Positions 1-5,163 are shown, counted from the first letter of the stretch. The stretch: DNA of 6,074 nt from Thermoproteota archaeon (GCA_027491455.1 JAOZFL010000100.1:14888-20961); one strand, 5' to 3'. The notes: a model not told the origin generated them from the letters alone. Program-made: numbers and translations.

Positions 1-1640
1 GTCTCTGTTTCGATTTCGTTTAGTTTCTTGGTGAGGTTTATAACTGTTTTTTCATTTTCATCTAACCTTTTTAAGTCATTTACCTTGACTAGTAGGGAGA
101 AAAGAGGTCTTGACTCTTTTTTCACTCTTTCTATCTCGCTTTCAACTTTCCTTATCTCTGACTCTGTTTCCTCAGCCCTCGCTTTTAAGGTGTTAAGAAT
201 TTCTATTTTTCTTTTCAGGCCTATTAAGTCTTTGATCAATCTATTTGTCCTTGATTTAATGTCTAACAACTCCATTTTCGTTTCCTCCATTCTAGGTATC
301 CTGTCCTCACACTCTAAAACCCAGTTAAGCGCGTCTTTTCTCTTTTCTCTCAGTTTATCTGCTGTTTCCATGTCTAACATGGTTCCACAGACCAGGCATT
401 CAACTGTACCTTTCGTTTCAAGTGCATTTATCAGGGAACTAAGCATCTCAAGCACAGCTTCCCTTTTACTCTTTTCTACTTTCAATTTCTCTATTTCCTC
501 TTCCAGTTTTGTTAACCTATTTTCTAGTTCATCCATGGAGCCATGTTTAGCTGTGAGTTTTTTCAGTTCTTCTTCTAAAGGCTTATAAACCTTAATTTGT
601 TCATTTATCCTTTTCGTTTCCTCTAAAGTCTTTTTTCTGACGGTTTTCAGCTCTGTCAGTTTACCGTGGAGGTTAACAAGTTCTTTTTCCTTAGCTTCAA
701 TGTTGTATTTGTCTATTTTTTCTTCTACACATCTGAGTTCAAGTTTATCTGGTTCTTTACCCAGAAAGACTTTAATTTCTTGCCAGAGCTTATCTTTTTG
801 TTTTCTCAGGTCTTCAAGGGGTTTGATTTCCGACAGAGTTATCATCATTTCCTCTTTTCTGACTGATAGCTGGGTTTTCCTCCTAAGTAGATCGATGTAT
901 TTCTTTCTTTTCTCCTCCATTTTATTTTTAACGTGACTCAGCTTTTCAAACTCTTCTTTTAGTTCCATTTCTTTCTTCATTAATTTTCTCTCTGATTTAA
1001 GTAGCTTAATTAACTTCTCCTTCATTTCATCAATTGAAAGCAACTCTGGGGAACTATTTATGAGTCTGTTTATTTCTATTTTGACCTCCTCAGCTTTATC
1101 CCTGATCTTCTTCAAGGGGAATTTATTGTATATTTCCTCAAGTTCAGATATCCCCAGCATCCTGTCGATGAGTTCGCATCTTTCCCTATCTGTCCCGTAA
1201 ATCATTGTTTGAAGCTCTCTGTTCCTTATGAATATCTCCCTAGAGAACTCCCTAGGAGAAACCCTTAGCAGCCTCTTAATCTCAGCTTCAATAAAAGGTC
1301 CATTTACTTCTTTACCATTCACTTTAAGGTTAATTTTAGCTTTTTTGCCTCTAACCTTAACTCTTCTAATTTCAAGTTCGTTGCCATCGTTTAAAAGCGA
1401 GATAGAGGTCTCCATTTCATCTGAGTAATCATTGATGAGGTCTTCAACTTGCATCCCTTTAACTTCTCTGCTCTCATACGTTGAGCCGAACAATGCAAAC
1501 TCAATTGCATCAAGTATACTTGTCTTACCTGTTCCTGTTCCCCCCCACAGGACAACTATGTCGCTTTTTAGAGGTATCCTGTGTTCTCCCTTGAAAGACT
1601 TAAAGTTTTTAACTATTAACTCTGAGAGTTTCAGGGTCAT
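1..1640 (-). CDS. rad50: Rad50-family SMC-like DNA repair ATPase, N-terminal ~546 codons; gene continues past the left edge
   Basis: Hand translation of the minus strand from ATG 1640..1638 shows no stop down to position 3. The nearest in-frame upstream stop is 1664..1662. N-terminus is MTLKLSELIVKNFKSFKGEHRIPLKSDIVVLWGGTGTGKTSILDAIEFALFG, an SMC/Rad50-type head with Walker A. About 260 aa of K/E/L-rich coiled coil follow, then TKGTVECLVCGTMLD (CxxC hook), then more coiled coil to the edge. The segment FIRNRELQTMIYGTDRERCELIDRMLGISELEEIYNKF resembles, from memory, the Q-loop region of Pyrococcus Rad50 ([31 protein letters not shown]). Absent from the ORF track because it has no stop in the window. 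Confidence 0.8.
   Translation of the reverse strand, partial: MTLKLSELIVKNFKSFKGEHRIPLKSDIVVLWGGTGTGKTSILDAIEFALFGSTYESREVKGMQVEDLINDYSDEMETSISLLNDGNELEIRRVKVRGKKAKINLKVNGKEVNGPFIEAEIKRLLRVSPREFSREIFIRNRELQTMIYGTDRERCELIDRMLGISELEEIYNKFPLKKIRDKAEEVKIEINRLINSSPELLSIDEMKEKLIKLLKSERKLMKKEMELKEEFEKLSHVKNKMEEKRKKYIDLLRRKTQLSVRKEEMMITLSEIKPLEDLRKQKDKLWQEIKVFLGKEPDKLELRCVEEKIDKYNIEAKEKELVNLHGKLTELKTVRKKTLEETKRINEQIKVYKPLEEELKKLTAKHGSMDELENRLTKLEEEIEKLKVEKSKREAVLEMLSSLINALETKGTVECLVCGTMLDMETADKLREKRKDALNWVLECEDRIPRMEETKMELLDIKSRTNRLIKDLIGLKRKIEILNTLKARAEETESEIRKVESEIERVKKESRPLFSLLVKVNDLKRLDENEKTVINLTKKLNEIETE
387..398 (-). other. Rad50 zinc-hook CxxC motif (C-L-V-C)
   Basis: Cys codons lie at 398..396 and 389..387 (residues ~415 and ~418), in the middle of a long coiled coil. 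The context KGTVECLVCGTML parallels the archaeal Rad50 hook KGKCPVCGREL. Confidence 0.7.
1521..1544 (-). other. Walker A / P-loop codons (GGTGTGKT) of the Rad50-like protein
   Basis: Minus-strand codons 1544..1521 read G-G-T-G-T-G-K-T, fitting GxxGxGK[ST]. As I recall it, canonical Rad50 has G-x-N-G-S-G-K-S, so this is a GKT variant. Confidence 0.8.
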
Positions 1641-1641
1641 C

Positions 1642-1851
1642 TTAGATTTTACCACCCTTCTTCAATACATCTAAAACCATTTTCTCTATTTCCTTCTCTA
1701 AGGACGACATTCCTCCTTCATGGTAACTTATGAAGATTCTCAGGGTCTTCTCAGCTAGTTCGTCTCTGCCCTTAAAATGTTCTTTTATTAGCTCAGCTAC
1801 TTCCTCGGCAAATCCCATCGACTCTACCCCGGCTTTTAATGGAAGCTTCAA
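1642..1851 (-). CDS. small hypothetical protein (69 aa from TTG 1851, or 58 aa from ATG 1818), probably all-helical, coupled to rad50
   Basis: ORF track entry. The first codon is TTG (plus-strand caa at 1849-1851). An internal ATG at 1818..1816 is preceded by GGGGT (1830..1826) with a 7-nt spacer. Stop TAA 1644..1642 lies 1 nt from the rad50 ATG (TAAgATG). I recognise no family. Confidence 0.55.
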   Translation of the reverse strand: MKLPLKAGVESMGFAEEVAELIKEHFKGRDELAEKTLRIFISYHEGGMSSLEKEIEKMVLDVLKKGGKI

Positions 1852-1875
1852 AGATAAGAATAAACCATATAACTC

Positions 1876-1886
1876 TTTATATATTT
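1876..1886. promoter_or_regulatory. TATA-box-like element TTTATATATTT in the divergent intergenic region (small ORF/rad50 versus nadM)
   Basis: TTTATATA at 1876-1883 fits the archaeal TATA consensus TTTAWATA. A TSS about 26 nt downstream would leave a ~30-nt leader carrying the GGTGAT site before nadM. Read on the other strand, the same AT-rich near-palindrome sits ~25-30 nt upstream of TTG 1851. Confidence 0.4.
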
Positions 1887-1925
1887 GCTAAGAGTAAAAG
1901 ATAAAAACTATGTAGTGAGAGCAAA

Positions 1926-1931
1926 GGTGAT
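1926..1931 (+). promoter_or_regulatory. Shine-Dalgarno-like GGTGAT, 5 nt upstream of the nadM TTG start
   Basis: The sequence is aaaGGTGATtttccTTG. GGTGAT is complementary to the archaeal 16S rRNA 3' end. Confidence 0.55.
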
Positions 1932-1936
1932 TTTCC

Positions 1937-2464
1937 TTGGCCCTTTATAGATGTGGTGCGCTAATAGGGAGGTTTCAACCTTTCCATTTAGGTCATTTGT
2001 ACGCTGTTAAATATGCTCTTAAAAAGGTGAAGAGACTTTTAGTAGTTGTCGGGAGTGCTCAGTTCAGTTACACGTGGAGAAACCCTTTTACAGCAGGTGA
2101 AAGGATAGAGATGATATGGAGGTCCCTTAAAAGGGAGGGTTTACTCAATGATAGCCTACTATTAATACCTGTCGATGATACCTATGAAAGAAACTACATA
2201 TGGGTTAGACATGTCGAGAACTATGTGCCTCCGTTTAAAGTTGTCTTTAGCAATGACCCATTGACGATTCAGCTTTTCAAGGAAGCAAACTATGAGGTCT
2301 TAGAAGTGCCTCTTTTCAACAGAGGAGAGGTATCAGGGACAAGAATCAGGGGTTTAATGGCCAAAGGTGGTGAATGGCAGAAGTATGTTCCTTCAGGGAC
2401 GCTTGAAGTTTTAAAGGAAATAAACGGAGAGCATAGGATAAAAACTATATTTAAGTATGTTTAA
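1937..2464 (+). CDS. nadM: nicotinamide-nucleotide (NMN) adenylyltransferase, archaeal type
   Basis: 175 aa. GRFQPFHLGHL carries the (H/T)xGH nucleotidyltransferase motif. VVVGSAQ, NPFTAGER and SGTRIR (the SxTxxR-type second motif) are also present. Length and motif order match archaeal NMNATs such as the Methanocaldococcus enzyme as I recall it. TTG start supported by the GGTGAT site. Stop TAA at 2462-2464. Confidence 0.88.
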   Translation: MALYRCGALIGRFQPFHLGHLYAVKYALKKVKRLLVVVGSAQFSYTWRNPFTAGERIEMIWRSLKREGLLNDSLLLIPVDDTYERNYIWVRHVENYVPPFKVVFSNDPLTIQLFKEANYEVLEVPLFNRGEVSGTRIRGLMAKGGEWQKYVPSGTLEVLKEINGEHRIKTIFKYV

Positions 2465-3254
2465 AAACGACTTTGTCTCCCCTTTCACCCTTCAAAAAAT
2501 CTTTAGCTTTTCCTTCTCTTATAGAGATCTCTAAGAAACCGAAACTGTTAATCACTACCAGTAACTCCCCTTTGGCACCGAACCCATAGGACTTTAAAAA
2601 TCTTACAGGTTTCTCCGTACCTTTGAATCGCATTAGTAGAGAATCACCAAGTTCAACTCCTAGTTCCCTCAGTTCCCTCCATGATATGTTGGTGACCATG
2701 TTACCGAAGTTATCTATGTAAATTATTAATCCTTCAATAAGTTTCCCTTTAACTATAGGTTCATCCATAGACAATTTTTTATAGTCCCTTATTTCCTCTC
2801 CGAATTCATAGACAGACTTGTTAAGAGACAAATAAGCAGCTACTGGTGCGAATACATCTCTTCCATGGAATGTTGAAGATGTCTCACTGGTAAGGAATTT
2901 TTCTTCTTTAATTGCAAAAACTTTTTCCGTTTTCATATGTCTAGCTGCAAGGGATAAACATGCATTGTCGGGGCCTACTAAGAATCCATTTCTACACTTT
3001 ATTATTATCCCCCTTCTCTCAGTTCCAACACCAGGATCGACGACACACACATGTATGCTCCCCTTTGGAAAGTATTTTACAGTGTATCCTAACACAAAAG
3101 CAGCTGTAAAAACATCATACTTCTTTATTTCATGTGTTACATCGATTATGACGGCTCTTGGATTAATAGATAATATAACACCTTTCATAACAGCTGGATA
3201 TGGAGTTTTAAGAGAAAAATCCGTTGTTAGGGTTATTATCGGCACCTTTTTCAT
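2451..3254 (-). CDS. SAM hydroxide adenosyltransferase / SAM hydrolase family protein (DUF62, fluorinase-chlorinase-related)
   Basis: Family motifs occur in order: IITLTTDFS, VCVVDPGVGTERR, SSTFHGRDVFAPVAA, YIDNFGN. Three in-frame starts are possible: GTG 3257, ATG 3254 and GTG 3245. GTG 3245 lies 7 nt after GGTGAT (3258..3253) and gives MPIITLTTDF, close to family N-termini. The 3' end overlaps nadM convergently by 14 nt. Confidence 0.85.
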   Translation of the reverse strand: MKKVPIITLTTDFSLKTPYPAVMKGVILSINPRAVIIDVTHEIKKYDVFTAAFVLGYTVKYFPKGSIHVCVVDPGVGTERRGIIIKCRNGFLVGPDNACLSLAARHMKTEKVFAIKEEKFLTSETSSTFHGRDVFAPVAAYLSLNKSVYEFGEEIRDYKKLSMDEPIVKGKLIEGLIIYIDNFGNMVTNISWRELRELGVELGDSLLMRFKGTEKPVRFLKSYGFGAKGELLVVINSFGFLEISIREGKAKDFLKGERGDKVVFKHT

Positions 3255-3366
3255 CACCTTTATGTGAGCTTTCGCATTAACATTAATACATAATGTGGAA
3301 ACAAATACATTTTAATTATGCTAGTCTATGTTTTTTATCTCAAGTGATTGAAAGGAGCAGATTTCA

Positions 3367-3723
3367 ATGAACCTAAATATGAAGAAAGATTGTTATTCGG
3401 AACAGAATAAGAGAGGCAGTGAGATACTTTTCCCGAATTATATGGAAATCAAAAAGGAAAATAAGCATGTATTCTTAATAGAGTTGCCAGGTGTGAAAAA
3501 CGAAAAAGACATAAAAATACGGTTTGTGAGAAACAGTATGGAAGTCCTAGCCCTTAAAAACGGTAAACCTAAGTATTTCGGTATTTTTAAATGCAGCTTT
3601 AAGAAAGATGATCTGTTGCATCGTTTATCAGGGAACTGGTTAGTGATAGAAGTAACGCGTAGAAAACCAAAAATAAAGGCTTATTCTAGTAACTGGAGAC
3701 AAACAAATGGTTTTAAACTATGA
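3367..3723 (+). CDS. minimal alpha-crystallin-domain (Hsp20-like) protein, 118 aa
   Basis: NYMEIKKENKHVFLIELPGVKNEKDIKIRFVRNSMEVLA follows the sHSP pattern (x-V-D-I-x-E ... DLPGV-K-EDI-x-V ... L-x-I-x-A). GNWLVIEVTRRK matches the NGVL-x-I-x-LPK strand. AGGAG at 3353-3357 lies 9 nt before the ATG. The protein is shorter than typical archaeal sHSPs, and I see no C-terminal IxI motif. Confidence 0.6.
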   Translation: MNLNMKKDCYSEQNKRGSEILFPNYMEIKKENKHVFLIELPGVKNEKDIKIRFVRNSMEVLALKNGKPKYFGIFKCSFKKDDLLHRLSGNWLVIEVTRRKPKIKAYSSNWRQTNGFKL

Positions 3724-3983
3724 TTATCCAGGTGACACATTTGCTAGTAAAATGTAGAAGATGTAAAAAAATTTTTAAAAATAATGAATTAAAACGATCA
3801 AATGATGAACAAATTTGCCCGGTCTGCGGGTTTAACCTTTTCAGCGTTATAAGGCTTTCTGAGGCTTCAAAGGAGCTGAAAACAGAAAAAGGAGAAATAG
3901 CTGAAGAAGCCTCAAAGGCTTTGGAGAGCGAAGGCTTAGCTTTAGAGGAGAAAATAAGGGAAGAAGAGCTTCCATCGCTTTAA
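3720..3983 (+). CDS. zinc-ribbon protein (CxxC-N17-CxxC) with an acidic helical C-terminal half, 87 aa
   Basis: VKCRRCKKIF...QICPVCGF gives two CxxC pairs. The ATG overlaps the upstream stop as ATGA (3720-3723), implying translational coupling with the ACD gene. Stop TAA at 3981-3983. Confidence 0.6.
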   Translation: MIIQVTHLLVKCRRCKKIFKNNELKRSNDEQICPVCGFNLFSVIRLSEASKELKTEKGEIAEEASKALESEGLALEEKIREEELPSL

Positions 3984-3992
3984 AGAGACTGA

Positions 3993-4274
3993 TCAGCTGA
4001 ACAACCCATGAAGACTTTCCGTTTCTTTGTTTTCTTCCTCCTCAAGTTTATCAAGGACTTTTCTGCTTAAATCTTTATTTACTGGCTTTAATTCTGGAAT
4101 CTCATTCTCTAAGAGCTTTACATTTTGTTCCTCAATATCTACAACTATGAAGAACCCCTCCTCTACGCTTTTTTCCCTCAGCTTTCCTGTTCCTAAGATT
4201 TCAAAGCCCATCCTTTTAAGGAAATCATTTTCCTCTAATTTCTCGATGTTCTTAATGAAATAAACTTTTTTCAA
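3993..4274 (-). CDS. hypothetical 93-aa protein with an acidic C-terminal tail ending LHGLFS
   Basis: ORF track entry. The start is TTG (plus-strand caa at 4272-4274), preceded on the minus strand by GGGGGAG with a 7-nt spacer. An alternative ATG lies at residue 22. The K/E-rich composition matches neighbouring genes. I recognise no family for the N-terminal domain. Confidence 0.55.
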   Translation of the reverse strand: MKKVYFIKNIEKLEENDFLKRMGFEILGTGKLREKSVEEGFFIVVDIEEQNVKLLENEIPELKPVNKDLSRKVLDKLEEEENKETESLHGLFS

Positions 4275-4290
4275 GGCTAAGCTCCCCCGA

Positions 4291-4429
4291 TTTTTGCTAG
4301 TACCTATTTTTAAATAGCTTAGTTAGTTTCTTCATGAATCCCTTTCCTATAATGTACCAGTATAAAATAAAAGGGTAAAGATTTATTTAAAAAGCTGCCA
4401 AAAATACCAATGATACCAATGTGATTAAC
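4291..4429 (+). repeat. non-coding module copy A
   Basis: Ordered blocks: TTTTTGC (4291-4297), CTTAGTTAG (4318-4326), TTTCTTCATGAATC (4327-4340), GTACCAGTA (4354-4362), ATACCAATG twice (4404-4412 and 4413-4421), then GTGATTAAC (4421-4429). The same order appears in copy B. Confidence 0.6.
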
Positions 4430-4461
4430 CTCGAAAGCAATCTTATGAAACATCCGGATAG

Positions 4462-4469
4462 TTTTATAA
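4462..4469 (+). promoter_or_regulatory. TATA-box-like TTTTATAA upstream of the membrane-protein gene
   Basis: The element is centred ~50 nt before ATG 4517. The implied TSS near 4490 leaves a leader containing GAGAGGT (4503-4509), 7 nt before the ATG. Confidence 0.35.
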
Positions 4470-4516
4470 GTTGCAAAAGAATTAAAATTTTCATTTTAAT
4501 GTGAGAGGTACTGGTT

Positions 4517-4846
4517 ATGGCTAAAAGGCGTCGAAGTACAATTGGTTTCCTTCTAAGTGAAAGTTTCTATGGCGTTGCTCTAGGCTTAATCGCATTAGCT
4601 GTTTCATTCTTAGTTTCAGAGTTCGGGGTTTGGGTCTTCACCCAGTGGCTTTTTACAAGAGATATGCTCTTATACATCTTTTACATACTAAACATAACAA
4701 TTTCAGGTATAATGCTTTTTATTCCATTCTACAACAAAAGAGTTATCCAAGGTATAAGTGCTATTGCTTTCCTATTGATAACTTGGGGTTTGCTTTTCAA
4801 ATTTTTCAATTTCCACCCGGTTGATACATTGCTAAGTCTCATATGA
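4517..4846 (+). CDS. small integral membrane protein, 3 predicted TM helices, 109 aa
   Basis: Basic N-terminus MAKRRRS, followed by three hydrophobic stretches: GVALGLIALAVSFLV, LLYIFYILNITISGIMLFIPF and ISAIAFLLITWGLLFKFF. SD-like GAGAGGT lies upstream. No recognisable family. Confidence 0.65.
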   Translation: MAKRRRSTIGFLLSESFYGVALGLIALAVSFLVSEFGVWVFTQWLFTRDMLLYIFYILNITISGIMLFIPFYNKRVIQGISAIAFLLITWGLLFKFFNFHPVDTLLSLI

Positions 4847-4910
4847 GTTTGCGTTCCAGTAGTAGAGAAAAGGAAAGGGATTGCTCTAGGCGCTAAATTA
4901 AATTAAAAAT

Positions 4911-5111
4911 TTTTGCATTAAGCACTTAGTTAGCTAAAGTTTCCATGAATCTAGTGAAAAGTATTCCAGTCGCCAAACACTACTTGTAAAGAGAAGGAAA
5001 CCTGAAAGAAGAAAACAATTTTTCACGCTACGAAAGAAACAAACAGTTAAAGTTAAATACCAGTAAATCGAGACAAAAGGATACTAGTGATACTAGTAGG
5101 ATGTGATTAAC
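4911..5111 (+). repeat. non-coding module copy B
   Basis: Ordered blocks: TTTTTGC (4911-4917), CTTAGTTAG (4925-4933), TTTCCATGAATC (4940-4951), GTATTCCAGT (4961-4970), an extra ATACCAGTA (5058-5066), ATACTAGTG/ATACTAGTA (5081-5089 and 5090-5098), GG, then ATGTGATTAAC (5101-5111). Confidence 0.6.
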
Positions 5112-5163
5112 TAATGCATTAACATTAAAAACCATTTGTATCCTTTATTTAAAATTGAAATGT

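Noticed and set aside
28-1674. Plus-strand track ORFs 28..588, 666..866, 700..936, 1228..1428 and 1432..1674
   Set aside because: They are S/F/L-rich, low-complexity translations lying antisense to the continuous 546-codon Rad50-like frame. A K/E/L-rich coiled-coil gene produces exactly such shadow ORFs on the opposite strand. None has motifs or translation signals.
2965-3267. Plus-strand ORF of 100 aa
   Set aside because: It is entirely antisense to the well-supported SAM hydrolase CDS and has no recognisable motifs.
4027-4263. Plus-strand ORF of 78 aa
   Set aside because: It is an S/F/L-rich shadow of the K/E-rich 93-aa minus-strand ORF. The minus-strand reading has the more protein-like sequence and an SD-like site.
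4398-4440. C/D-box or H/ACA small RNA in the repeat modules (TGATAC/TGATTA resembling a C box)
   Set aside because: There is no proper RUGAUGA C box paired with a CUGA D box at appropriate spacing. There are no terminal complementary stems or an ACA tail.
4630-4824. Plus-strand ORF of 64 aa in an alternative frame
   Set aside because: It is nested inside the 3-TM membrane-protein ORF. That ORF has a basic N-terminus, coherent hydrophobic helices and an SD-like site, and the nested frame has none of these.
4854-4970. TTCCAGT heptamers (4854-4860, 4964-4970) and TACCAGTA (4355-4362, 5059-5066), reminiscent of the archaeal origin recognition box core (TCCAGTGGAAA), suggesting a replication origin
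   Set aside because: Only the first 7 nt match the ORB core, and the dyad and G-string parts do not. No orc1/cdc6 gene is visible. ACCAGTA-type words also occur inside coding sequence (2556-2563, and inverted at 2841-2848 and 2885-2891), so the word is not specific to these spacers. An origin cannot be supported from this window.
4334-4989. Two 14-codon mini-ORFs inside the conserved part of the modules: 4334..4378 (MNPFPIMYQYKIKG) and 4945..4989 (MNLVKSIPVAKHYL). Both start ATGAAT and both end TAA.
   Set aside because: The equal length is striking, but the peptides share only MN. The shared nucleotide block CCAGT falls in different codon phases in the two copies. Conservation is therefore at the DNA/RNA level, not the protein level. 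There is no SD-like site. Ribosome profiling could revisit this.
5144-5154. TTTATTTAAAA as the tRNA-Glu TATA box, sitting 33 nt after ATGTGATTAAC, the same spacing as the TATA-like element in copy A
   Set aside because: The element starts only 20 nt before the mature tRNA 5' end. With the usual -26/-27 centring, the TSS would fall inside the tRNA. The AT-rich stretch at 5118-5130 is a more plausible TATA, so the equal spacing is probably coincidental.
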